From assembly GCA_900316035.1 (NCBI GenBank), contig ONBI01000002.1:14028-78027 (forward strand): 64,000 nucleotides of DNA, in the 5' to 3' direction. The translations under genes were made by a program, and so were the position numbers. Numbering within the stretch: position 1 is the first letter of the stretch; each line of letters starts with the position of its first letter. The stretch is from an uncultured Eubacteriales bacterium (GTDB lineage: Bacteria; Bacillota_I; Bacilli_A; RFN20; CAG-288). The notes below the pieces were generated by a model that was not told the origin of the DNA, did not search any database, and saw only the letters and a program-made list of their open reading frames with translations. This document shows, piece by piece, positions 1 to 9,934 of the stretch.

Positions 1-653
1 CGTTCCCGGGAAGCAAGCACCCGTTTGCTTATAACGATCCGAATAGTGGTGGAGCTTGGTTCTTAGGTGGAACGATGTTCCTTTATTATCTCTTTTCCTT
101 CTTATTCTTCGGTGCTACCGGTATTTTCTATCTTGTTGTTCTTGTTCTCTTCCAGGATGCTATCGATTACAACGAATGGAAGTTCGGAGAAAGAAAGGAA
201 TCTATCTGCTTTGCTTGGCGTCCTCTGGATGTTAAGTTAGCTTCTGGTCTAAACCGCGGTCTTCAATACATCACCTATCTTGCTTCCGGTACGATGTTAG
301 CTATCAATTCGGTTTCCAATTGGGAAGGTATCACGAACGCGATGATCAACTCTACTAGCGATGATGCTACCCAGAATGCAATCACCTTGCTCCGTGATGA
401 AAGAATCGCAGAAGGTATGAACGGTATCACTTCGAGTCAGTTATTCACTTTCGGTCTTATCATCATCGGTGTCATCTTGGCTGTGATGATCGCTTCTTAT
501 CTCTTACTTCATTTCGGTTTCAAGATCGATGAGAAGACCGAGAAACAGATTGTCGAGGAATTGGCTGCCCGTCATAAAGAAGACGAAGAAAGAGCCGATA
601 AGAATGTAGAAAATAAACCCGCTATTGCTGTAGAAGAAGGAGGAAACAAGTGA
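1..653 (+). CDS. GPH-family (MelB/YicJ-like) sugar:cation symporter, C-terminal part; 5' end lies outside the window
   Basis: Frame is open from nt 3 to TGA 651-653, with no stop upstream of the listed Met at 75. Polytopic hydrophobic sequence with a FGERKESICFAWRPLD loop typical of GPH symporters. Lies next to a GH36 gene. Confidence 0.6.
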   Translation, partial: FPGSKHPFAYNDPNSGGAWFLGGTMFLYYLFSFLFFGATGIFYLVVLVLFQDAIDYNEWKFGERKESICFAWRPLDVKLASGLNRGLQYITYLASGTMLAINSVSNWEGITNAMINSTSDDATQNAITLLRDERIAEGMNGITSSQLFTFGLIIIGVILAVMIASYLLLHFGFKIDEKTEKQIVEELAARHKEDEERADKNVENKPAIAVEEGGNK

Positions 654-1234
654 TGAAATCCTTAAAGAAATGTCTGTTGCTTCTTTCTTCTCTTTCGCTC
701 CTTGCTTCCTGCTCCTCTTCTTCTTCGAGTATCACGTATGATGAGATGGATAAGATCGCTAAGAATGATTTCACTTCTGAGAAAGCTCTTGCAGCGTATG
801 AAGGAAGCGGAAAACGTTCCACTTCCGCTTCTTATCCGAATGTCACCGATGAAATCTTAAAGGCAGTTCCGCTTGCTTACTTCCAGTTATCTGCTCTTCC
901 TATCACCACCGATTCGGAGACGGTTCTTACTTCTCTTTGTGTTTATTCTCATTCTTCTTTAGAAGATAACCATCAGATCTATGTTCAGGGAAAAGAAGCC
1001 GATGACACCTATCTCAAGAATGCTAACGGCACTTATTCTCTTCAGTTCACCTATAGCGACAAATATGAATTTGGAAAAACTGCTTATGGTGTTGCTGTCG
1101 ATATTCAGAAGACGGTCAATGAAGTAGGACTTCTGCTCTCTACGGATTTAGTTGCCGCTTTCAGCAACGACGATGGTTCTGCTCATATCGTCTATCGGAA
1201 AACGGAAAAATTCACTTGGACGAAAAAAGCCTAA
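653..1234 (+). CDS. small lipoprotein, unknown function
   Basis: Signal peptide plus lipobox (MKSLKKCLLLLSSLSLLAS|C). GGAGGA lies 8 nt before ATG 653. The start overlaps the transporter stop (GTGATG). Confidence 0.6.
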   Translation: MKSLKKCLLLLSSLSLLASCSSSSSSITYDEMDKIAKNDFTSEKALAAYEGSGKRSTSASYPNVTDEILKAVPLAYFQLSALPITTDSETVLTSLCVYSHSSLEDNHQIYVQGKEADDTYLKNANGTYSLQFTYSDKYEFGKTAYGVAVDIQKTVNEVGLLLSTDLVAAFSNDDGSAHIVYRKTEKFTWTKKA

Positions 1235-1250
1235 TCTTACGAAAGGATCC

Positions 1251-1283
1251 GAGGGTAAAGAGACATACTCTTACCCTCTTTTC
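1251..1283 (+). terminator. rho-independent terminator after the lipoprotein gene
   Basis: GAGGGTAAAGAG / CTCTTACCCTC stem with one bulged A, followed by TTTTCC. Confidence 0.55.
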
Positions 1284-1317
1284 CTCTATACTCATTCCTA
1301 AGGAGGAATAACTTCCC

Positions 1318-3648
1318 ATGATAGAAAAAATCGATGACAATACGGTTATTGTCTCTACGAAAAACACTTCTCTTCTTATCGTCAATAACAAAGTAAATAA
1401 GGTATCTCTGGAATATTTCGGACCCCGTATCCAGGATAGGGAAGAAGGAAATGCTTTATTCCATCCGGTTAATTTTGCGCAAGGAAGCTGTGCTATTTAC
1501 GAGGAAAGCTATCCGAATTATTCTTTATCCCAAGCAAAGCTTCTTCTTTCTACTGCGGGGAAGAGCGATCTTTTCTCCCCTTCGGTAGATATGGAAAACA
1601 GTCTTACTTCTCTTTTTGATTTCACGTTTGCTTCTTTCCAAATCAAGAGTGAAGTCCTTCCTCTTTCTTCTCTTCCTTTCCCTCATGGAGCAAAAGAAGA
1701 ACTGGTTATCCGCCTTATGGAAAAACAGAACCAAGTAGAAGCCGAACTCCATATCCTTCCTTTTGAAGAAGAGGATGTCTACGGAGAATACTTAGTCCTC
1801 TCGAATTCCAGCGAAAGAGAAATCAAAATCAAGAAAGCAGCTTCTTTATTGATTCCCTTAGAAGATAACGAGGATTCTCTTCTTTCTCTCTCTGGCAACT
1901 GGGCAGGAGAACTCAATGTCGAAAGAACAAAGCTTCCTTCTTCCCGTATCGTGATGGAATCTTTCAGCGGAACCTCAAGCTGTCAACACAATCCTTTCTT
2001 TGCTTTGGTAGAGAAACATACGAATTTCCAGCAAGGAAATTGCTATGGCTTCAATCTGATGTATTCCGGCAACTTTGAAAACTCCGTGGAAAAGAATTCC
2101 TTCGGCCTGATCCGTGTTCAGAGCGGTATCTCTTCTTTCGGTTTCAAAAAGACACTTGAAAAAGGAGAGAAGTTCATCACACCGGTTGCTCTCTTCTCTT
2201 ATTCCGGAGAAGGAATCAATACCTTAAGCGATAACTTCCATCGTTTCATCACTTCTCATGTGTTACCCGAAGAGTTTGCATCTGCTCCGCATCCGGTTTC
2301 CTATAACAACTGGGAAGCAACCGGAATGAAGTTCAATAAGAACAAGATTGTTGCTTTGATGAAAGAAGCATCGGATCTTGGAGTGGAGCTCTTTGTCTTG
2401 GACGATGGTTGGTTTTCTACCCGTGACGATGATGCTCACGGCTTAGGAGACTGGAGTGTCAACACAAAGAAGCTTCCTGGTGGCTTAGATGCGTTAGCCA
2501 AAGAAGCCGCAAAACGGAATCTCAAATTCGGTATCTGGATGGAACCGGAGATGGTTTCGCCGGATACTCCTCTTTACCGGAATCATCCCGATTGGATCAT
2601 CCATGATTCGCTTCATAAACCTTCCTTAGGAAGACATCAGTTTGTTCTCGATTTAAGAAAGCAGGAAGTACAGCACTTTGTCTACGATGCCGTAGACAAG
2701 GTTCTTTCTTCGGCGGATATCGCTTATCTCAAATGGGATTTCAACCGCGATATGACCGATATGGATAATAGGGACGGCACATTCTTCTATGACTACTATG
2801 TCGGACTTTATAAAGTCTTAGGAGCTTTGAAGAAGAAGTATCCGAAAGTCTTATTCGAAAACTGTGCTTCCGGCGGTAACCGTTTCGATTTAGGTATGAT
2901 GACTTATTTCTCTCAGTCCTGGATGAGCGATGATACGGATTCGTATCAGCGCACCTTGATTCAGGAAGGAGGAACGTTAGGTTATCCTCTTTCGATTCAG
3001 TCGAATCATGTTTCCTGCCGTGTATCGAATCAGATGTTACGGAACACTTCCTATGACACCAAGTTCGATACTGCCTGTTTCGGTGTTCTCGGATATGAAC
3101 TGGATCTGAAGGATCTTTCTTCACTAGATAAAGAAATCCTCAAGTCTCAGATTGCTTTCTATAAAGAACATCGGATGACTTTCCAACAGGGAAGAGTCTA
3201 TACGGATCAGTTCTATTGCGAGAATGAAACCAAGTGGTTAGAAGTCAAAGGAGAAAAAGAAGCCTTGGTTGCTTACTATCAGAAAGTACAGAAACCGAAT
3301 CCTTCTTCTTTACGTCTCTGGTGTGTAGGATTAAAAGAAAATCAACTTTATACCTATAAAACAAGACAGGAGTCCTTACCTCTTCAGCGTTTCGGTAACT
3401 TGGTCAATTATGCAACTCCGTTCCATATCAATCCGGACGGAACCATGCTTACGATTCTTTCTCATCATCGGGATATGAAGAGTGAAGTGGATCAAGGCGT
3501 TGTTCATGGGGAAGCTTTAGCTAAGAAGGGACCTCTTTTTTCCGATGAATGGATGGGATTAGGGTATAACGAACACACAAGACTTGTCGGTGATTTCGGT
3601 GCAAGACTCTATCTGATTCAGGAAAAAGAAGAAAAGAAAGAAGAATAA
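1318..3648 (+). CDS. alpha-galactosidase, glycoside hydrolase family 36
   Basis: 776 aa. Motifs LFVLDDGWF, KWDFNRD and CASGGNRFD are characteristic of GH36. AGGAGG SD upstream. Confidence 0.85.
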   Translation: MIEKIDDNTVIVSTKNTSLLIVNNKVNKVSLEYFGPRIQDREEGNALFHPVNFAQGSCAIYEESYPNYSLSQAKLLLSTAGKSDLFSPSVDMENSLTSLFDFTFASFQIKSEVLPLSSLPFPHGAKEELVIRLMEKQNQVEAELHILPFEEEDVYGEYLVLSNSSEREIKIKKAASLLIPLEDNEDSLLSLSGNWAGELNVERTKLPSSRIVMESFSGTSSCQHNPFFALVEKHTNFQQGNCYGFNLMYSGNFENSVEKNSFGLIRVQSGISSFGFKKTLEKGEKFITPVALFSYSGEGINTLSDNFHRFITSHVLPEEFASAPHPVSYNNWEATGMKFNKNKIVALMKEASDLGVELFVLDDGWFSTRDDDAHGLGDWSVNTKKLPGGLDALAKEAAKRNLKFGIWMEPEMVSPDTPLYRNHPDWIIHDSLHKPSLGRHQFVLDLRKQEVQHFVYDAVDKVLSSADIAYLKWDFNRDMTDMDNRDGTFFYDYYVGLYKVLGALKKKYPKVLFENCASGGNRFDLGMMTYFSQSWMSDDTDSYQRTLIQEGGTLGYPLSIQSNHVSCRVSNQMLRNTSYDTKFDTACFGVLGYELDLKDLSSLDKEILKSQIAFYKEHRMTFQQGRVYTDQFYCENETKWLEVKGEKEALVAYYQKVQKPNPSSLRLWCVGLKENQLYTYKTRQESLPLQRFGNLVNYATPFHINPDGTMLTILSHHRDMKSEVDQGVVHGEALAKKGPLFSDEWMGLGYNEHTRLVGDFGARLYLIQEKEEKKEE

Positions 3649-3728
3649 ACAATCATTTAAAGTTTTCAAAACCTATAATCTGTTTCAACATAGTCTTATT
3701 GTTAATTACAATTCCTTTGCAAATAAAG

Positions 3729-3768
3729 CGGCTTACTTCTATTGTTATGGAGTAAGCCGATTTTATTC
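3729..3768. terminator. bidirectional terminator between the convergent GH36 and folA genes
   Basis: 9-bp stem CGGCTTACT / AGTAAGCCG with T-rich runs on both strands. Confidence 0.55.
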
Positions 3769-3785
3769 TTAGCAAGAAAAGCGGA

Positions 3786-4301
3786 TTATAACTCTTCTTT
3801 GCTTTTATTGACGTAAGTCGTAAAGCGGATCGTATATCCGTTATCGAGAATAGGTTCTCCTTCTTTGACACAGACAAAGGAAGGATTCTCATCGAGATTC
3901 GGGAAGAAGACCTCGGCTTTGCCATCGGCATCGACCTTGGTTAAGAGAACCTCGTCCACATAAGGAAGCATAGTGCGATAGATCGAAGCTCCACCGATGA
4001 TATAGACATCGCCTTTCGTGAGTTCTTCTTTGATCTCTTTTTTGAAGTCGTCTAAAGTATGGACGTTCTTCACGCCTTCGTAGTTATGAGTCGAATCCTG
4101 AGAAAGAACAATGTTGAGGCGGTTTTTCAAAGGTTTTGAATGAGGGAAAGAGAGAAGAGTGTTTTCTCCCATCGCTACCGTATGGCCGGTCGTGGTCTTA
4201 CGGAAGAAAGCCATATCCTGCGGAAGAGAGAACATCAGCGTGTTCTTTTTCCCGATGCCGTATTTCTTATCGGCGTGAAGTATTTCAATCAGTTTTCCCA
4301 T
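3786..4301 (-). CDS. folA: dihydrofolate reductase
   Basis: 171 aa. The stretch GIGKKNTLMFSLPQDMAFFRKTTTGHTVAMGENT is a DHFR signature. Directly downstream of thyA. Confidence 0.85.
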   Translation of the reverse strand: MGKLIEILHADKKYGIGKKNTLMFSLPQDMAFFRKTTTGHTVAMGENTLLSFPHSKPLKNRLNIVLSQDSTHNYEGVKNVHTLDDFKKEIKEELTKGDVYIIGGASIYRTMLPYVDEVLLTKVDADGKAEVFFPNLDENPSFVCVKEGEPILDNGYTIRFTTYVNKSKEEL

Positions 4302-4312
4302 AAAGGCCTCGT

Positions 4313-5143
4313 TTAAATAGCGACCGGAATCTTTTTTCCTAATTTCTCGTATTCGTAATCGACCAGCTGGAAGTCTTCTATCTTGAAATCGTAGAAGTTC
4401 TTCACATTCGGATTCATGATGAGCTTTGGCGCTTTATGCTGTGGCTTCTTGATGATCTCTTTGACGATATCGATATGGCGGTCATAGATATGAGCATCCG
4501 CAATGACATGAATCAGTTCCCCAGCTTTTAATCCGGAAACCTGAGCAAACATCATCAACAGGAGAGAATACTGAAGGACGTTCCAGTTATTTGCCGTGAG
4601 CATATCGTTGGAACGCTGGTTGAGGATGCCGTTAAGAGTATCTCCCGAAACATTGAAAGTCATCGAATAGGCGCAGGGATAAAGATGCATTTCATGAAGA
4701 TCTTCGAAGTTATAAATATTCGTTAAGATTCTTCTCGAGTGCGGATTGTGTTTCAGATCGTATAAAACACGGTCGACCTGGTCGAATTCGCCTTCGGGAT
4801 AAATCGACTTCTTGGCTAACTGATAGCCATAGGCTTTTCCAATCGATCCGGTCTCATCGGCCCAGCTATCCCAGATATGGGAATGAAGATCGTGGACGTT
4901 ATTGGACTTCTTCTGCCAGATCCAGAGAATCTCATCTAAGCAATTGATGAAGTTGGTCTTACGGATGGTGAGAATCGGCAGTTCTTCCTGTAAGTTATAG
5001 CGGTTGACGATACCGAATTTCTTGATGGTATGAGCTGGGGTTCCATCTTCCCAGTGCGGTCTGACAGGATACGCGGCATCGGAGACGCCGTTTGTCAGAA
5101 TATCGTTCATATTCTGAATGAAGATCTCATCTGCTTTTGACAT
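4313..5143 (-). CDS. thyA: thymidylate synthase (ThyA type)
   Basis: 276 aa. LYPCAYSMTFNV holds the active-site Cys region; RSNDMLTANNWNVLQYSLL is also present. Confidence 0.9.
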   Translation of the reverse strand: MSKADEIFIQNMNDILTNGVSDAAYPVRPHWEDGTPAHTIKKFGIVNRYNLQEELPILTIRKTNFINCLDEILWIWQKKSNNVHDLHSHIWDSWADETGSIGKAYGYQLAKKSIYPEGEFDQVDRVLYDLKHNPHSRRILTNIYNFEDLHEMHLYPCAYSMTFNVSGDTLNGILNQRSNDMLTANNWNVLQYSLLLMMFAQVSGLKAGELIHVIADAHIYDRHIDIVKEIIKKPQHKAPKLIMNPNVKNFYDFKIEDFQLVDYEYEKLGKKIPVAI

Positions 5144-5288
5144 TTGTTACCCTCCAAAGAAAAAATCTTTTCTATTATAAAACAGAAGAGCGACTTTCTC
5201 TTGTGGGGAATACCGCTTTTAAAAAGAACCTAACCTCATACTCTCTTTCTTCCGATATAATCTCTCTGTTTGATAGGAGAAAAACAAG

Positions 5289-5579
5289 ATGACCTATTTA
5301 CAGATGCTGTTTCTTGTCGATGCTGCCTTGATGGTGCTGATGTCTTTTATCTCTTTATGTTTATTTATCGCCGATAAGAGGAAAGCGGAAAAAGGAGCAA
5401 TGCGAATCAAAGAGAAAACCCTCCTTTATTCCGCGGTTTTGGAAGGCGCGGTCGGTGCTTTCTTCGGTCGGATCCTTGCGCATCATAAGACCAACAAAGG
5501 TTATTTCACCTTTGTGATTCTCACTTCTTTCGTACTTCAGGTCGGAGTCTTAGTCTTTTTAGGTGTGATGGCTTTCTAA
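5289..5579 (+). CDS. DUF1294-family small membrane protein
   Basis: 96 aa. DKRKAEKGAMRIKEKTL...GAFFGRILAHHKTNK matches my recollection of DUF1294. Confidence 0.55.
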   Translation: MTYLQMLFLVDAALMVLMSFISLCLFIADKRKAEKGAMRIKEKTLLYSAVLEGAVGAFFGRILAHHKTNKGYFTFVILTSFVLQVGVLVFLGVMAF

Positions 5580-5598
5580 GAAAAGAGGAATGGAAATC

Positions 5599-5835
5599 AT
5601 GAATAATTCACAGAGAAAGAACGACGAAGAATCGTTAGCCAGAAGTCATTCGAAATCTTCGAATGCTTTACTTACGCTTCTTTGTTTTCTTACTTCGTTA
5701 GCATTAGCTCTCCTTTGGGTCGGATTAGCTCTCCTTGGTAAAGAAGATACCCATACTCTCGGGTTATTATTCACTATCTGCGGAGCTATCGTAACCGGAT
5801 TAGGAATCGTAGGCGGAGTTGTTTTCAAACGCTGA
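5599..5835 (+). CDS. small two-TM membrane protein, unknown function
   Basis: The ORF is open from 5590. The second ATG (5599) is better spaced from the GAGGA. Two hydrophobic helices. Confidence 0.45.
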   Translation: MNNSQRKNDEESLARSHSKSSNALLTLLCFLTSLALALLWVGLALLGKEDTHTLGLLFTICGAIVTGLGIVGGVVFKR

Positions 5836-5901
5836 TTTTGGAACACAAAAACGATTCCATACCAAAACCATTTTATAGACTTAGAAACAGGTAGTTAGTC
5901 G

Positions 5902-5929
5902 TTGCAAAGATTGTTCACCTGTTTATAAT
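5902..5929 (+). promoter_or_regulatory. candidate sigma-70-type promoter of fakB-fakA-plsX
   Basis: TTGCAA (5902-5907), 16 nt spacer, TATAAT (5924-5929). Flanked by the inverted repeat AACAGGT...ACCTGTT. Confidence 0.4.
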
Positions 5930-5970
5930 TATTAAAGGTTGCTTATTACTATAAAGAAAGGATTAAAACT

Positions 5971-6864
5971 ATGGCGGATTTTGCTATTGTACTCGATTCT
6001 ACCTGTAATCTTACACCGGAATTACTGAAGGAGTTCCATCTTGATTACATCCCGATGTCGGTCTCAATCGAAGATAAAATCTATCCGGCTGACCTCTCCT
6101 GGAAAGATATGTCTCCGCATGATTTCTATGCTTTGATGAAAGCGGGCAAGAGACCTTATACACAGGCTATCAACGAAACCACCTTCACTTCGGTCTTTGA
6201 AAAATACATCGCCGAAGGAAAAGATGTCCTTTATATCGCTTGCTCCGGTGGACTTTCCGCTTCGGTCCGTATCGGTGCCAAGGTCGCTAAGAGTGAGATG
6301 GAAGCTCATCCGGAAAGAAAGATCATCGTCATCGATCCCTGCAACTCCGGTATGGGTCAGGGTCTTTTAGGTATCTATGCTTCTGAGATGAGAGAACAGG
6401 GCAAGACGATTGATGAAGTCGCTGCCTGGGTTGAACAGAATAAGCTCCGCTCCTATCAGTGGGGAACTACCGGCAATCTCACCTACCTCAAGAACGCCGG
6501 CCGTGTTAAAGCCAGTTCTGCCTTCTTCGGAAACATCATCGGTATCAAACCAATCATTCTTTCCGATGATCAGGGTAATAACGTTGCCTTTAAGAAGGTC
6601 CGCGGACGTAAAGCGGCCTTAGAGGAACTCGTCAATTTAGCCACGACCTATGCGGTTGATCCGGAACATACTTATCTCTCGATTGACCACGCGGATTGTC
6701 TTGAGACCGCGGAAGAACTCAAGAAGAGAATTGAAGAGAAGGTTCACTTCAAGAGAATCTTCATCGTTCCGCTTGGCCCCATCCTCGGTGCCTCCTGCGG
6801 TCCGGATACGGTCATCCTTTATCATATGGGTGGAAGCAAGCAGTCTGATTTCCTCAACAAGTAA
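5971..6864 (+). CDS. fakB: DegV-family fatty-acid-binding protein (FakB)
   Basis: 297 aa with DegV-type sequence (VLDSTCNL..., GPILGASCGPDT). Immediately upstream of fakA. Confidence 0.8.
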   Translation: MADFAIVLDSTCNLTPELLKEFHLDYIPMSVSIEDKIYPADLSWKDMSPHDFYALMKAGKRPYTQAINETTFTSVFEKYIAEGKDVLYIACSGGLSASVRIGAKVAKSEMEAHPERKIIVIDPCNSGMGQGLLGIYASEMREQGKTIDEVAAWVEQNKLRSYQWGTTGNLTYLKNAGRVKASSAFFGNIIGIKPIILSDDQGNNVAFKKVRGRKAALEELVNLATTYAVDPEHTYLSIDHADCLETAEELKKRIEEKVHFKRIFIVPLGPILGASCGPDTVILYHMGGSKQSDFLNK

Positions 6865-6869
6865 CTCTT

Positions 6870-8528
6870 ATGGACTGCAAAACAATCGACGGAAACCTAT
6901 TTGGACAGCTGCTCGAGAGCGGCTATCATGCCTTAGCGAAAAACTTTCAGGCCATCAACGATCTGAATGTTTTTCCTGTTCCCGATGGTGACACGGGAAC
7001 CAATATGAAGATGACGTTCGAATCCGGTCTTTCCCAAAAGAGCGAATCGAATTATATTTCCGAAGTTGCTTCTTCCTTTGCCAAGGGAATGCTCTTCGGT
7101 GCCAGAGGCAATTCAGGTGTTCTTTCTTCCCGTTACTTCAACGGCTTAGCCAAAGGTTTAGAAAACCATAAAGAAGCCAGTGTCTTCGACTTTGCTTTAG
7201 CGATGGTCGAAGCTTATAAGATCGCTTATCAGGCGGTCGATACTCCGGCCGAAGGTACTTTCTTGACCGTCGCAAGAGAAGGTATTGAAACGATCCGCAA
7301 CACCATCGACTATAAGACGGTCACCTTCTCCTCTTTCTTCGCTATGGTGGTCGACGCGATGAAAATCTCTTTGGATAACACACCGAACCTTCTTCCGATC
7401 TTAAAGGAATCCGGTGTTGTCGATTCCGGCGGAAAAGGCTTGCTCACCATCTTCGAAGGATTCCTCTCTTTCTTCACCGGCGACGATAACGGAGATTACG
7501 ATCTCGATGTGCATGAAAGCACCTCTTCTTCGCTTCCTCACTATGATTTCTCTCTGTTCAATGAGAATTCTGTCCTAGAGTATGGCTATTGCACCGAGTT
7601 CTTACTTCAGTTACAGAACTCGAAGATCGATATCCCGTCTTTTGATCTTTCCAGTTTCATCGGTTGGCTTCATGAACATGGCAACTCCATTGTCTGTTTC
7701 CAAAATGGTACTATCGTCAAAGTCCATATTCACACGAAGAAACCCTATGAAGTTATCGAGTACGCACAGCGCTTTGGCGAATTCCTGACCTTCAAGATGG
7801 AGAACATGGCTTTACAGCATAACAACGTTCTCGATAAGAAGGAAAAGCTCGCTAAGACGAAGAAGAAATTCGCGGTTGTCGCAATCGCTCAGGGCAATGG
7901 CGTCATCCAGATGTTCAAGGATTTAGGCGCCGATGTCGTCTTAAACGGCGGTCAGACCATGAACACCTCTTCAGCCGAACTCATTTACGCTTTCAAGCAA
8001 GCTAACGCCGAAGATATCATCGTCTTACCGGATGAATCGAATATCTTGATGGCCGCTCATCAGGCTGCGGACTTATATAAGGATAGCCGTGTCCGCGTCT
8101 TAGAGACCAAGACGATCCCAGCTGGTTACGCTTCCTTGATGATGATGGTCGGAGACGATGAAAGCGCTGACGATTGTTATGATTCGATGAAAGATGCTAA
8201 TGACCATATCACCTCTGGATTCATCTGCAAATCGATCCGTGATACCACCGTCGATGGCATCAAATGTGTCAAAGGTAACTATATCGAAGGAGTCGACAGA
8301 AAACTGGTTGGATGTGACGCGGATATCTTATCTGCGGTCGATGATATGCTTGCTCATGTTCCGGATATGGAAGATCGTGAGAGCTTATTCTTCTTCTACG
8401 GTCAGATGGTCAAGAAAGAAGACGCCGAGAAGATTCAGAAGCATATCGAAGAGAAGTATCCGCAGTTAGAAGTCGCTGCTTACGATGGTAAGCAGGATGT
8501 CTACGACTTATTAGTCGGTATTAATTAA
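6870..8528 (+). CDS. fakA: DAK2-domain fatty acid kinase subunit (FakA / YloV-like)
   Basis: 552 aa. The DGDTGTNM motif of the Dak2 domain is present, and size and architecture match FakA. Confidence 0.8.
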   Translation: MDCKTIDGNLFGQLLESGYHALAKNFQAINDLNVFPVPDGDTGTNMKMTFESGLSQKSESNYISEVASSFAKGMLFGARGNSGVLSSRYFNGLAKGLENHKEASVFDFALAMVEAYKIAYQAVDTPAEGTFLTVAREGIETIRNTIDYKTVTFSSFFAMVVDAMKISLDNTPNLLPILKESGVVDSGGKGLLTIFEGFLSFFTGDDNGDYDLDVHESTSSSLPHYDFSLFNENSVLEYGYCTEFLLQLQNSKIDIPSFDLSSFIGWLHEHGNSIVCFQNGTIVKVHIHTKKPYEVIEYAQRFGEFLTFKMENMALQHNNVLDKKEKLAKTKKKFAVVAIAQGNGVIQMFKDLGADVVLNGGQTMNTSSAELIYAFKQANAEDIIVLPDESNILMAAHQAADLYKDSRVRVLETKTIPAGYASLMMMVGDDESADDCYDSMKDANDHITSGFICKSIRDTTVDGIKCVKGNYIEGVDRKLVGCDADILSAVDDMLAHVPDMEDRESLFFFYGQMVKKEDAEKIQKHIEEKYPQLEVAAYDGKQDVYDLLVGIN

Positions 8529-8545
8529 GAGAGGGTTTTCAAGAT

Positions 8546-9535
8546 ATGAAGGAGATCATCGTCGATACCTTAGGGGCCGATGCCGATGGTTCTGTCTTAG
8601 TAAGAGGAGCGATTCAGGCACATCATAAGAATCCGTCTTACAACATGGTTCTCTTTGGAAACAAAGAGGAGATGGAAAAGACATTCCAAGAAGTAGGAGA
8701 ATCCTTTGATGGATATACTCTTATCGATGCCGATACACTTAGCCCTGAAGTTCACGATGTCATGGCGATGCTCCGCTATAAAGGTCATTCTTCTTTAACG
8801 GATGCGATGGATTATCTCTCTTCTCACGAAGAAGCAGCGGGTCTACTTACCGCTGGTTCAACTGGTATGGTCTTAGTCTCCGCTATTAAACGGATTGGCT
8901 TATTAGATGGTGTCTCTTTCCCGGCGTTAGCCGCAATGCTACCGAATATCCACGGAGGCAGAGTCTGCTTAGTGGATTGCGGAGCAAATCTGGAAGTGCC
9001 GGCTGAGAAACTGGTTCAGTTTGCAAAGCTTGGTGCTGCCTTATCTTCTGCTTATTGCGGGATTGAAAATCCGCGTGTCGGTTTGATGAATGTCGGAAAA
9101 GAAGATACCAAAGGAGACTCTCTCCGCAAAAAGACGTTCGCTCTTCTCAAAGAGACGGATCTTAACTTCGTCGGTAACTTAGAAGGAAGCGACCTTCTTC
9201 TTGATAAAGCCGATGTCATCACCTGTGATGGATTCACAGGTAATTGCTTACTGAAGAATGCCGAAGCGGTTGGACTTATTGCGAGCAAGATGGTCCTTTC
9301 TTTAGGGAAGGACGATCCGAGTATCAAGAAAGCTTCTCATCTTCTTTCTTCTACCTTCTCTTTTACCGAACTCGGTGCTTCGATCGTCTTAGGTTGTAAG
9401 AAGATGGTCTTAAAAGCGCATGGTGCCGCCAATGAAAAGACGATTGCTACCGTCAGCGAAGATATCATCCGCTTAGACGAGAATCATCTCTTAGAAAAGC
9501 TTCCGAAGTATTTCAAAGCAAACGACGTAGAGTAA
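8546..9535 (+). CDS. plsX: phosphate acyltransferase PlsX
   Basis: 329 aa. Motifs DTLGAD, VDCGANLEV and DGFTGNCLLKNAE. Confidence 0.85.
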   Translation: MKEIIVDTLGADADGSVLVRGAIQAHHKNPSYNMVLFGNKEEMEKTFQEVGESFDGYTLIDADTLSPEVHDVMAMLRYKGHSSLTDAMDYLSSHEEAAGLLTAGSTGMVLVSAIKRIGLLDGVSFPALAAMLPNIHGGRVCLVDCGANLEVPAEKLVQFAKLGAALSSAYCGIENPRVGLMNVGKEDTKGDSLRKKTFALLKETDLNFVGNLEGSDLLLDKADVITCDGFTGNCLLKNAEAVGLIASKMVLSLGKDDPSIKKASHLLSSTFSFTELGASIVLGCKKMVLKAHGAANEKTIATVSEDIIRLDENHLLEKLPKYFKANDVE

Positions 9536-9541
9536 TAAAAG

Positions 9542-9586
9542 AACCTCTCGGCTTACTATATAACGTAGTCGGCTGAGAGGTTTTTA
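9542..9586 (+). terminator. rho-independent terminator after plsX
   Basis: AACCTCTCGGC...GCTGAGAGGTT stem with one mismatch, followed by TTTTT. Confidence 0.55.
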
Positions 9587-9661
9587 GGTGACCTAAATAA
9601 TAAAGAGATTGGTCTTGTAAACTATTTACTATACAATGTATATCAAAGGAGGTACTACTCT

Positions 9662-9934
9662 ATGGCTAAAGTACCGACACAGATCCGTATCGACGCGGGG
9701 GTGAAGAAACAAGCGAGTGAACTTTTTGAAGAACTCGGTCTTGGTATGTCTACCGCCATCAACATCTTCTTAAAGCAATGTATTTTAAGAGGCGGTCTTC
9801 CTTTCTCCGTGGAGGCTCCTAAGTACTCAAAAGAACTTCTTGATGCTGCAAAGGAAGCAAAACGCATCTCCCATGATCCTAGTGTTCCTCGTTACACAAA
9901 CAGGGAGGATCTAAAGAATTCTCTCGAAAAATAG
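9662..9934 (+). CDS. type II antitoxin, RelB/DinJ family
   Basis: 90 aa. IRIDAGVKKQASELFEELGLGMSTAINIFLKQCILRGGLPF is a DinJ-type ribbon-helix-helix. AAGGAGG SD upstream. Confidence 0.8.
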   Translation: MAKVPTQIRIDAGVKKQASELFEELGLGMSTAINIFLKQCILRGGLPFSVEAPKYSKELLDAAKEAKRISHDPSVPRYTNREDLKNSLEK

